Below are positions 12,450 to 22,212 of a stretch of DNA of 64,000 nucleotides, piece after piece. Position 1 is the stretch's first letter. The number at the start of each line of letters is the position of its first letter. The notes beneath the pieces are model-generated. The model was not told the origin of the DNA. It searched no databases and saw only the letters and a list, made by a program, of their open reading frames with translations. The position numbers were made by a program, and so were the translations under genes. This stretch comes from an uncultured Nitrospinota bacterium (lineage in GTDB: Bacteria > Tectomicrobia > Entotheonellia > J063 > CAVPRW01). Location: NCBI GenBank assembly GCA_963707985.1, contig CAVPRW010000027.1, forward strand, positions 96,001 through 160,000. Direction: 5' to 3'.

Positions 12450-13069
12450 TCAAGCCCGCCCCGCCAGCTTACGTCCCTGATCGAGGACCGAAAAGGAGCG
12501 CGGTGCGCCCGGCATTAGGAAACGGTAGCCGCTGGCGATCAGACGCTCGATATTGCGCGCATCCGGGTGGGGATGCCCACACGGGATGTTGTGCTCCTGA
12601 CAAATCTTGGAATGCTCTGAATGGCGTCGGCGACCACGGGGTGCTCGTATTCTCTGGGGTGGCCGAGCTCTTGGCTCAGGTCGCCTTCGCCAATTAGCAC
12701 CACGCCGATGCCAGGGACCTCTTGCAGGATCTTGGGGAGGTTATCGATAGCCCGCATCTCTTCACACTGGATGATCGCCAGGATCTCCCCATGCGGCGCC
12801 AGTGGCCACACATCCGCCCGAGCGTAGTAGTCCTGCTGCGAGAGACCCCAGTACCGTGCTGCCCGGGCCGGGGCATCTCCACGGATGCCTGGGGGGTGGT
12901 ATAGGGGAGACTTCGGCAGCTTGGGGTAGCGGCAAGCACCGACCGCATTGCGCGCCTCTTCAACAGTGCTCACATGCGGGAAGATGATGCCGAACACCCC
13001 GATGTCCAGCACTTGCTTGGCGATCCACTGGTTCATCTCACCCCCATTGGGCGGAATCCGCACCATTGG
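12450..13069 (-). pseudogene. HpcH/HpaI aldolase family, 5'-truncated and frameshifted
   Basis: VRIP, LDIG..GI.FPHV.TVEEA, IIQCE and IGEGDLSQ; the N-terminal part is absent. Confidence 0.75.
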
Positions 13070-13233
13070 ATTTAACCCGCTGCGCCATGTGCTATATGTA
13101 CCTGACGGTAGCAGATGTGAGGGCTCAGTCTAGCAAACGGCTGTGCGAGTGACAAGCGAAACCCCCTTTGGTATACTGCGCGCCGTCTATCCACGAGGGT
13201 ATCGTCAGCGCACCAACGCGGAGGGATCCAGCC

Positions 13234-14240
13234 ATGATCATCGATGCACACGCACACTACACCACAGCCCCACCTGAGTTGCAAGCCTATCGCGGCCGTC
13301 AGATCATGAACCTGGCCAATCCCCCACGCCCGCGGCTGCAGATCAGCGATGAGCAGCTGGAGCGGTCTATGGCGCAACCAGTTCAAGCGCATGCAGGACA
13401 GTGGGATCGACCGCTTCATGTTTTCGCCCCAAGCCTCCGCCATGGGGCATCACTTTGGCTCAGAGCTGATCAGCCGGTACTGGACGGAAGCCTGTAACGA
13501 CCTCATCGCACGCGTCGCCCGTCTCTGGCCGGACAAACTCTCGCCGGTCTGTCAGCTGCCACAGTCGCCGGGCGTCGGCCCCAAGTCCTGGATAGAAGAG
13601 CTGCAGCGCTGTGTCACAGAGCTCGGGTTTGTGGCCTGCAATATCAACCCGGATGTGGCCGGAGGTCGAGAGCCCTTCACGCCCTCGCTCGGTGACGAAT
13701 GGTGGTATCCGCTGTGGGAGAAGATGGTCGAGCTCGACATCCCTGGCACCATCCACGCCAGCGCGGCCTGTCAACCCGGCCATGCATACGACCAGCGCCT
13801 ACTACATCGGCCAGGATCTCTCGAGCGCCGTGGAGCTCCTCAGCTCGCGTGTCTTCCAGGACTTTCCCAGGCTGAAGCTGATCATTGCCCATGGCGGCGG
13901 GTCCATCCCGTACCAGTGGAACCGGCATCGCGGCATGCATGTGCGCGAGGGCCATGAGCCGTTCGAAGACGCAGTGAAGCGCGTGTACTGGGATATGGCC
14001 ATCTACGATAAAGAGAGCATGGAGTTACTGATCAAGCGGATAGGGGTGGACAACATCCTGTTCGCCACCGAGATGTTTGGGGCGATCAATGCCATCGACC
14101 CCAAGACGGGCCGGAATTTCGAGGACATCGTGCCCATCTTCCAGTCCATCGAGTGGCTCAGCGACGAAGACCGTTACAAGATCACCGAGGGCAACGCCAG
14201 AAAGGTCTACTCACGGGCAGACTTTGACCGTAAACCGTAG
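13234..14240 (+). CDS. amidohydrolase-2 family, LigJ (4-oxalomesaconate hydratase)-like; frameshifts near 13371 and 13770
   Basis: MIIDAHAHYTTAP, SP.AS.MGHH, CQLPQSPG, HGGG.IPY and LFATEMFGA spread over three frames. Confidence 0.8.
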
Positions 14241-14517
14241 GCGACCAGGCATTGCGATGCCCATGGCAAATGTCCTTTGGCTCGCTCATGGCGAAGGCTC
14301 CGGTGTAGTTGACCACCTTGCCAGCCTGAGCCGGTGTGTTTCTTGGAACGTTACTCACGTCCACACCAGAGCGATTAGTAAGGGCCTGCGAACGATGCAC
14401 AACGTCAGGGCATATCCCTTAGCATGGGCCATCGTGCCGCCGATCACCCCAGCCTCCTCCCGATGGGGACAGGGCATGAAAATCGGGCTTCAAGTCTTGG
14501 CGATCGTCGGGGATGGC

Positions 14518-15228
14518 TCACGAATCGCGCCGCAATAAGAGGTCGGTTTCGAGGTGGATGGTGTCCTCAACGCTCAAGACCGAGGCCACGCGGGGAATGC
14601 TCAAACCGAAGTCAGCGAAGCGAAGGGAGGTTTTCGCCTGGACGCTGAGCTCCTGGCCGTTAAAGGTCGCCGTGGCCTCCCAGGTGACGCGTCGGGTCGT
14701 GTCTCGAATCGTCAAGTCGCCGATGAGCTCAAATGATGTGGTACCAGTCTGCGGCAGTGGGAATGGTAGACCGCGAAGTTCGCTGGGGTTAAACACCGCC
14801 GTTGGATAGCGCTCGGTCTCCAGTGTGTTCCGGCGGACGTAATTATCCCGTCGTTCCTTATCACTACGCAGTGAACGAAGGTCGACCGTTAAGCGGGAAT
14901 CGCTGGTGCGTATACGGCCCTGGGCATCGAGGGAGAGGCTGCCCTCAACGGTACTGGTGGTACCTACCGCATCACTAGGGAAATTGATGCCGGCCAATTG
15001 CTCACGCACACGGTAGCGCGCTTCACTGCGGTCCGCCACCACACGGTAACGCGGCGCTACTTCGGGGGTCTGTGCAGATGCTGCCCTCCCAAGTGCGAGC
15101 GCCACCGATGCCGCTGATTCCCTGTATCCCTCTGGCCTCGCACAGAACAACAGAGAAACAAGCCCGCTGACACCAAGCAACAACAGTACTGCGTTCATAG
15201 AACGATGCATCATCGAACACCTCCACAA
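14518..15228 (-). CDS. YceI family protein
   Basis: Signal-like N-terminus, SEARYRVREQL, RDNYVRRNTLET.RYP, GDLTIR and ADFGL. Confidence 0.88.
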   Translation of the reverse strand: MWRCSMMHRSMNAVLLLLGVSGLVSLLFCARPEGYRESAASVALALGRAASAQTPEVAPRYRVVADRSEARYRVREQLAGINFPSDAVGTTSTVEGSLSLDAQGRIRTSDSRLTVDLRSLRSDKERRDNYVRRNTLETERYPTAVFNPSELRGLPFPLPQTGTTSFELIGDLTIRDTTRRVTWEATATFNGQELSVQAKTSLRFADFGLSIPRVASVLSVEDTIHLETDLLLRRDS

Positions 15229-15831
15229 GAGCGACAGAACACGTCCTTGTCCTCCCAGTCTGGCCGCTGGCTATACACATAGGCGCTGGGTGATCCAGCG
15301 CGATCGGCTCAGCGGGCGGGGAGGCAGGGCCATTCAGACAGCATTTTCTTGGATGTGACGTACCGTACAGGTTCAACAAACGAAGCCTTCATGGTATGCC
15401 TCCTCCGATGCTCCGAGCCCGTGGCAGTTCGCCAACGACCCCACCATGAAGGGCGGAGCGTATCAATCACCGCATCCGAAACTGTCTACCTCAGGCCACA
15501 ATGCTTGTGCGAGGACAAAATGTCAAGCATGGTGACACGTGCGGCATGTTGGGGAACGACGGATCGCCAGCGCGTGTCGACATTATTTTTGCTGCGGACA
15601 GTGCATTCCGAACCGTGCTATGGCACAATAGCGCCTGCCTTGCCTGTGGTCATGGGCAAGGCTGAGCTGCAGGTCCCAGGTCGAGGCGATATTTTCGCGC
15701 AGGCCGCTGCATTAAGCGTCAGAGACGGAAGGACTGGTCAGGTGTATACCACCGTCCAGGACGATGTGCCGGGTGTGTGACCGGGAACATGCACATGCCG
15801 GCCTACATGCTTCCCTGCGAGGAGTCAACAC

Positions 15832-16614
15832 ATGGACTGGGTCGAGACCAATGGTGTCGTGCTGCGCTACGAGCTGAGCGGCACGGGTCATATGCCGCTG
15901 CTGCTCATTCATGAGCTGGGTGGCTCCCTGGAATTTTGGGATCCCGTCATCGCAGCGTTCCAGCAGGACTTTCAGGCTCTACGCTACGATCTACGGGGCT
16001 TCGGTATGTCAGAAAAGGTCAAGGTCCTGCGGCTCGACGACCTACTGGGCGATATCGTCGGCCTCCTGGATGCCGTCGCCATCACCGACCCCTGCCATGT
16101 GGTCGGCCCGGCGCTCGGGGCAGGCATCGCGCTGGCCTTTGCGGCCAAATACCCCAGTCGCGTGCGCCGTCTGGTGGTCAGCAGTCCGGCGACGGGCGTA
16201 CCGCCGGAGCGACGTGCCCAGTCGCTGCAGCGTGCCGAGGCGGTCGAGCGCGGGGGTATGCGCACATCCGTCGAGCAAAGTCTGGCACGATCCTACCCGG
16301 AGCGCTTTCGGGGTAACCACCAGCGCTTCGTGCAGTATCGGCAGCGCTGGCTGACAAACGATCCGGAGGGGTTTGCCGCCATCAACCGCATGCTGAGCGA
16401 GATGGACCTCAGTCAGCAGTATGGTCGAATTACCTGTCCGACCCTGGTGATCGGCTGTACCTACGACACCATCCGCCCGCCACAGGGAGTGGAAGCGATT
16501 GCCCGTGAGATCCCAAATGCCCGTTATATCGAAATCGCGAGCGGCCATTTCATGCCGCATCAGACCCCGGAGCTGTTCATCGAGACGGTGCTGCCTTTTC
16601 TCAAGGAGGTCTAG
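15832..16614 (+). CDS. alpha/beta hydrolase (PcaD enol-lactonase-like)
   Basis: LLIHELGGS, RYDLRGFG and GHFM; the nucleophile elbow reads GPALG. Confidence 0.85.
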   Translation: MDWVETNGVVLRYELSGTGHMPLLLIHELGGSLEFWDPVIAAFQQDFQALRYDLRGFGMSEKVKVLRLDDLLGDIVGLLDAVAITDPCHVVGPALGAGIALAFAAKYPSRVRRLVVSSPATGVPPERRAQSLQRAEAVERGGMRTSVEQSLARSYPERFRGNHQRFVQYRQRWLTNDPEGFAAINRMLSEMDLSQQYGRITCPTLVIGCTYDTIRPPQGVEAIAREIPNARYIEIASGHFMPHQTPELFIETVLPFLKEV

Positions 16615-16785
16615 GGCATAGACCGGCCGACAGCCCTACCACCGGCTAGTGATGATCGGGTGCTCGGGATTCACGACGCACGTCGAAGCCTGGACGACAT
16701 CAAGCCGTCGGCGCGGGAAATACTGCTCCGGCTGCGCGAGATCGCTCCCATCGGCGTAGGCCCTTCCGCAGCTCAGGGCGGCCCC

Positions 16786-16814
16786 TTGACGAGGGTTTTC
16801 ACACCGACTATGAT
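16786..16814 (+). promoter_or_regulatory. sigma70-type promoter
   Basis: TTGACG-17 nt-TATGAT, ~80 nt upstream of the ATG at 16893. Confidence 0.6.
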
Positions 16815-16892
16815 CAGACCCGTGCGATACGGCGAGGATCTCGCAGAGTATCTCTGGACAGCTCCCGTATGTTACCCGAGAGGAGAACGAGT

Positions 16893-18617
16893 ATGAAGCT
16901 GCAGATCATGTCCCCCGCGGCGAACCGTGTGGATTTTAAGGTACCCCCAGCCCCTCGGCTGAGCAGTTTGGAGGGCAAGACCATCGGCCTCTACAACAAC
17001 ATGACCGGTGGTGCAGATATCGCTGTGGACCGAGTGGCCGAGCATATCAGCCGGCGGTACCCCAACGTCCGGTTCGAGCGCTACGGAGGCGACCTCAGAC
17101 CCGGCCGCCCAGCCCTTAGCCGTGGGAACCATATCGATGATGAGGAGGGGGCTCGCATTGCGGAGGAAGTGGACGCCGTCATCGGCGCCACCGCTCACTG
17201 AGGAGGCTGCACGTCGTGGCTTGCCCATGACATGGTAGCACTTGAGAAGGCGGGTATTCCGGTGGTTGGCATCGTTGCCCGCAGCTTTGTACGGGCCTGG
17301 CAGTCCTGCGTGGATGGATGGGGCCAGCCCAGTACGCCCTTTGTCATCATCCCTCACGCTACTACAGGCCAGCAGGCGGACTTCATCTGTAAAATGGTGG
17401 ATGAGCAGATCGATGCGATCATCCGGGGACTCACCACGCTGCCTGCTGCCGTGGGGACGGCCACCGGTGCCCAGGGGGGCGGCCAGACCACCGAACTCTT
17501 CACGGTCGAGTTGGATGCGACGCCTGAGGGCCTGAACGCGGTGAACCGTTTCCTGGCCGAACGGGATTGGAGTGATGGCCTTCCGGTCATCCCGCCTACA
17601 CCGGCTGCGGTCGAGCAGATGCTGACGGGGACGAAACGCTCGCCCCAGGACGTGCTCATGGTGATGGAGCCCGGCTTTGGCCTGGCCACGGTGGAAAAGA
17701 TCGCCATCAACGCCGTCATGGCGGGCTGCCGCCCAGAGCAATTCCCCGTGCTCCTCGCCGCTATCGACTGCCTGGCCCAACCGCAGATGAACCACCGGGA
17801 CATGCAGGTCTCCGGCCATACGGAAGCACCGTTGATCCTGGTGAATGGTCCCATTGCCAAGAAAGCTGGGATCAACTATGGGACCTCGGCCATGGGTCCG
17901 GGCGTAGTGAATAGTGCGAATACCGCCATCGGCCGGGCGCTGCGTCTGTGCCTGATCAATATCGGCTATTGCAAGGCCGGCGCAGGCGACCCGAACTTCA
18001 TTGGCCTGCCCACCAAGTTCGGGATGTGTCTTGCCGAACACGAGGAGATGAGTCCATGGCCCCCGTACCATATGGACCGGGGATTCAAGCGTGACGACAG
18101 CGCGGTCACCGTGGTGGTCGTGACGGGCCCCACGGATATCATCGATTCCGCCTCGCGGACCCCCGAGGACACCTTGAACAACCTCGCTTCGATGATGTTC
18201 TACCGTAACGCTGGGGCCGGTGGGTGGATCAGGGGATGGCAATCCGCCCAGGTGGGCCACAGCAACAAGCGGGTGTCGTACCAGGGCCCTTACCACCCGA
18301 TCATCCTCAGCCCTTCACGGGCTGTCATCCTGGCAGAGGCCGGCATGAGCAAGCAGGATGCCCAGGCCTGGCTGCACCGCCAGTGCCGTATCTCGTTGCA
18401 GGCTGCCCTGGGCAGGCGCGGCATGCCGAAAGATGCCAACGGCAAATGGCTGAGTCACCCGGAACTGCAACACCTGGGGGAGGATCCCAGCGCGACCATT
18501 CCAGCCCTGGAAAGTCCAGAGCAATACCTCCTCTTCGTCTCAGGCGGATCAACGCACTATGCCCACTTTTTCTATGGGACATACGGCATGGCGACCGTAC
18601 CGGTCGAAGAGGGCTAG
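16893..18617 (+). CDS. UGSC-family selenoprotein (Sec at in-frame UGA 17199-17201, codon 103) fused to a DGLPV.PPT partner domain
   Basis: AGGAG RBS; the frame continues through TGA as AH-U-GGCTSWLAHD into ORF 17232..18617; a hairpin follows the UGA. Confidence 0.88.
17206..17239 (+). promoter_or_regulatory. candidate bacterial SECIS element
   Basis: GCTGC/GTAGC lower stem and GTCGTGG/CCATGAC upper stem, starting 4 nt after the UGA. Confidence 0.6.
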
Positions 18618-18750
18618 CAGCATGGGTAGGGTGCACGGATGGGAGATGTCCGTCGCCGCGATCGATTGACGGGATGTTAGGAAGCCTGTGCATGTCCCAA
18701 GGCTGACTGAAAGAGACACGACAATGGACCACGACGATCGGACCTTCCCA

Positions 18751-18876
18751 ATGACATTCGATCCGATTGCCTATAAAGCCAGCACTCGTGAACTATGGCA
18801 ATCGGCCGCCGAGGCCTGGCACCCTTGGGCCCAACGTTCGGTAGATGGTTGGGGCCGGTACCAAGTAGCTGTGTGA
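18751..18876 (+). pseudogene. N-terminal stub of a class I SAM methyltransferase-like gene
   Basis: MTFDPIAYKASTRELWQSAAEAWHPW resembles a recurrent methyltransferase N-terminus, then degenerates. Confidence 0.45.
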
Positions 18877-18928
18877 GATGGGTGGGTCTTGCGTGTGGCT
18901 GTTGGGGGCCATTGTCACGCTAGGGGGG

Positions 18929-19942
18929 ATGTACGTGAGCGGCATACAATCACCGGTACGCTGGGGTATCGTTGGTCTTGGCTGGGCCGCGGCCGATTTT
19001 GTTGTCCCGGCGATGGTCAGGAGCACAGGCTCGCGGCTCTCAGCCTGTTTGGGCAGCTCGCTCGACAAAGGGCACAGGTTCGCGCAACGATTCGGCGTTG
19101 AGCGCGTCCACGCTGACCTCGAGGCGATGATGCACGACCCTGGCCTCGATGCGGTCTATATTGCCCTACCGAACGCCCTACATCATGCCGCCGTGCTCGC
19201 GGCTGCACGGGGAAAGAAGCATGTGTTGTGCGAGAAGCCGTTTGCGATGACGGTGGCGCACGCCTGCGACATGGTCTCCGCCTGCCGAGACGCCGGCGTA
19301 ATCCTGCGCATCGGTCACCAGCTCCGCCTCGATGCAGCCCTTGGGCGTGCCCGCGAGATCGTGAGCACTGGTCGACTCGGCCGGCTCGCGGCGATTACCA
19401 TTGAGCGCGCCTCGGGCCTGGGGCCCAGGACATCATGGCGCCAGGACGCCTCACAAAGCGGGGTCATTTTCGACGTCGGGGTGCACCTGCTCGACCTCAC
19501 ACAATGGGTAAGCCACCAGCGCTTCGTTGAAGTCAGTGCCTATACTCACCCGGACCGCCGCCAAGGCGAGCCGGACGACACGGTGACTGTTCTCGGCCGC
19601 CTCGACGGCGACTGCCACGCGGTGGCTCGGGCGACACGCGAGGTTGCGAGCGCCGAGAACAATCTCATTATCGAAGGCTCGGAAGCGACGCTCATCACCT
19701 CGGCCCTGCGCTTCGCCACCGAGCACGTGGTCCGCGTGCGCGACCGCGCATGCCTGACCGAGGAGTGCTTCCCGGCGAGCCTAGCCTATGAGTTAGAGAT
19801 CTTGGCTTTCGAAGGCGAGCTGTGTGGCGAGCGCAGCCTCCTACCCGACGGCGAGGACAGTATTCAGACGGTGGCGGTTACTCAGGCAGTGCTGCAGGCT
19901 ATCGACGAGCGGCGTAGCGTGGCGGTGCCTACCCTGGCATAG
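18929..19942 (+). CDS. Gfo/Idh/MocA family oxidoreductase
   Basis: WGIVGLG, YIALPNALH, KHVLCEKP and DVGVHLLD. Confidence 0.92.
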   Translation: MYVSGIQSPVRWGIVGLGWAAADFVVPAMVRSTGSRLSACLGSSLDKGHRFAQRFGVERVHADLEAMMHDPGLDAVYIALPNALHHAAVLAAARGKKHVLCEKPFAMTVAHACDMVSACRDAGVILRIGHQLRLDAALGRAREIVSTGRLGRLAAITIERASGLGPRTSWRQDASQSGVIFDVGVHLLDLTQWVSHQRFVEVSAYTHPDRRQGEPDDTVTVLGRLDGDCHAVARATREVASAENNLIIEGSEATLITSALRFATEHVVRVRDRACLTEECFPASLAYELEILAFEGELCGERSLLPDGEDSIQTVAVTQAVLQAIDERRSVAVPTLA

Positions 19943-19994
19943 TTGACACGTGGCCGCGGCACGGATCGACGCACGTGACAAGGTCTCCTTACCA

Positions 19995-20603
19995 TTAGTA
20001 ACCTCCTTCCTCAAACATTCGCCGGGCTTTTTCATACTCCTCTGGCGTATTGGCATTGAAGAACATGCTGTCGTATGGATCATAATGGGCAAGGATGTCA
20101 CCGTCGATGACGCGGACGCACACCTGATCGAGGAAGCCCGTGATTTTGAGGCGGCCGGCTTCGATCCTGTGGAAAATGGGCTCGCGGCAGGCTTGCGAAT
20201 ATGTAGCGCACAACGGTTGAAAATCAGCGGTGTTGCGTGGAATCACGACATCAGCCTCGGCAGCCGTGTCGCAAAGATAGCGCAAGAATGTGGGCTTCAC
20301 AAAGGGCATGTCACAGGCGAGACAAAGGCTGTAGGGTGTTTTGGCGGAGACGAGTCCGGTGTAGACACCGCCCAGCGAGCCCGCCTCAGCAATGACGTCG
20401 GAGAACGTTGGCAGTCCAAAACGTTGGTACCGTTCAGGGGTGTTAGTGATCAGAATAACGTCGGCAATCACCTGCTGGACAACCTCAATGACCCGTTCAA
20501 TCAATAGCCCCGCACCAAAGGGCAAAAACGCTTTATCGCGTCCCATGCGACGGCTCTTACCGCCTGCGAGGACGACCCCTGTCACCTGTGTGGTGCGCTC
20601 CAC
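19995..20603 (-). CDS. mobA: molybdenum cofactor guanylyltransferase
   Basis: LAGGKSRRMGRDKA, ACDMPF and N.NTPEE. Confidence 0.93.
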   Translation of the reverse strand: MERTTQVTGVVLAGGKSRRMGRDKAFLPFGAGLLIERVIEVVQQVIADVILITNTPERYQRFGLPTFSDVIAEAGSLGGVYTGLVSAKTPYSLCLACDMPFVKPTFLRYLCDTAAEADVVIPRNTADFQPLCATYSQACREPIFHRIEAGRLKITGFLDQVCVRVIDGDILAHYDPYDSMFFNANTPEEYEKARRMFEEGGY

Positions 20604-20853
20604 TGATTCTATCTCCAGACTGCGGAGCAGATAAGCCCGACCACGAGATCCCCCTCGGCGGTCGAGGATGGTCCGACAAGCCGCTCGCAGCTCTTTTCGC
20701 CGCGCTCGTTGTTGCTAGCGAATCTACAGCAGTGAGCCTGGGATGTAAACAACGGCGCTTGGCCCTGGGGTACATTACAGGTTTGCCACCACGGTGCTGA
20801 GGCGATTCCCTGTCGTGTAAACCTATGATGGACTCCTTTTGCCAGGGCTCTAC

Positions 20854-20883
20854 TTGACACCACCCGGCGTCTCCTCCTAGATT
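20854..20883 (+). promoter_or_regulatory. sigma70-type promoter for glgC
   Basis: TTGACA-18 nt-TAGATT upstream of glgC. Confidence 0.5.
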
Positions 20884-20954
20884 ACAAGAGGATTTACCGA
20901 TATCGTATCATTCAGAGAGGAGTATATGAGGCTGCCGGAGAAGGAGGGGGAGCG

Positions 20955-22175
20955 ATGCGAGAGCCCAAGGTCTTGGCGATCATTTTAGCAGGTGGGCGTG
21001 GGGAGCGGCTCAGTCCTCTGACGCAGGAGCGTGGCAAACCCGCGGTGCCTTTCGGTGGCCGATACCGTATCATCGATTTCGTCTTGAGCAATTTTATCAA
21101 TTCCGAGATATACTCGGTCTACGTCCTGGTGCAATACAAATCCCAATCACTCATCGATCACCTCACTGGGGGGTGGCGTTTTGGTGGGCTCCTGCGCCGT
21201 CAGTTTATTACTGTTGTGCCGCCTCAGATGCGCGGCGGTGAGATCTGGTATCGAGGAACGGCCGACGCGGTCTATCAGAATTTGAACTTGATCAAAGATT
21301 TCACGCCTGATCTGGTGGCTGTGTTTGGTGCCGACCATATCTATCGGATGGACATCAATCAGATGATTGATTTTCATCTGGTCAAGGGAGCGGAAGCCAC
21401 GGTAGCTGCGCTGCCTGTACCCATCGAGTCGGCCCGCAGCTTTGGTATCATCGAAGTAGACGAAGATGAACGCATCATCGGCTTCCAGGAAAAACCCCCA
21501 CGGCCTAAGCCCATGCCCAGTGACCCCAACCGCGCCTACTCTTCCATGGGCAACTACATCTTCAGTCCGCAGGCCTTGGTGGAAATGGTCTCTGACGATG
21601 CCCTCCGTACCACCGAGCACGACTTCGGCCGCTCGGTCATTGGGGAGGTCCTCGGGCGCTACAAGTTCTATGCGTATAACTTTCTGAACAACGAAGTACC
21701 GGGTGTGCAGGCCTACGAGGAGCGTGGATACTGGCGCGATGTCGGCAATCTCTCCTCATACTGGTCGGCACATATGGACCTTCTCGGAGCCAAACCGGCA
21801 TTCGACCTCAATAACTGGCGCTGGCCTGTCCTTTCAGAGGGTATCGTCGGTTTACCGGCGAAGGTGGTCTCAGGGCATGTCGAGGACAGCCTCATTGGGG
21901 TCGGTAGCGTGATCGATAACGCTCATGTGCAGCGCAGTATCATTGGACATTCAGTGCGCGTTCACGAGGGCGCGGACATCCAGGAATCGATCATCATGGA
22001 TCATACCACCATCGGGAAAGGCACCAAGCTGCGGCGCGCCATCATCGATCGCTTCAATGTCATCGAACCTGGTGAGAGCGTGGGTTTTAACCGTGATCAG
22101 GACGAACGCCGGCGATATCACGTCGATCCTTCGGGGATTGTCGTTCGTGCCCGCGGAACCACTCGATGGGTCTAG
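20955..22175 (+). CDS. glgC: glucose-1-phosphate adenylyltransferase
   Basis: LAGGRGERL.PLT, KPAVPFGG.YRIID, GTADAVYQN, FQEKP, SMGNY and YWRDVG. Confidence 0.96.
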   Translation: MREPKVLAIILAGGRGERLSPLTQERGKPAVPFGGRYRIIDFVLSNFINSEIYSVYVLVQYKSQSLIDHLTGGWRFGGLLRRQFITVVPPQMRGGEIWYRGTADAVYQNLNLIKDFTPDLVAVFGADHIYRMDINQMIDFHLVKGAEATVAALPVPIESARSFGIIEVDEDERIIGFQEKPPRPKPMPSDPNRAYSSMGNYIFSPQALVEMVSDDALRTTEHDFGRSVIGEVLGRYKFYAYNFLNNEVPGVQAYEERGYWRDVGNLSSYWSAHMDLLGAKPAFDLNNWRWPVLSEGIVGLPAKVVSGHVEDSLIGVGSVIDNAHVQRSIIGHSVRVHEGADIQESIIMDHTTIGKGTKLRRAIIDRFNVIEPGESVGFNRDQDERRRYHVDPSGIVVRARGTTRWV

Positions 22176-22212
22176 GGGCATCGTGTCTCACGGTGCGGCC
22201 GAGGATAATGCC

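Noticed and set aside
16872..18296. 474-aa minus-strand ORF
   Set aside because: Antisense shadow of the selenoprotein gene with no recognisable motifs.
21925..22212. Extended start of the GH57 ORF
   Set aside because: It overlaps glgC by 250 nt; the ATG at 22213 has a GAGG RBS.
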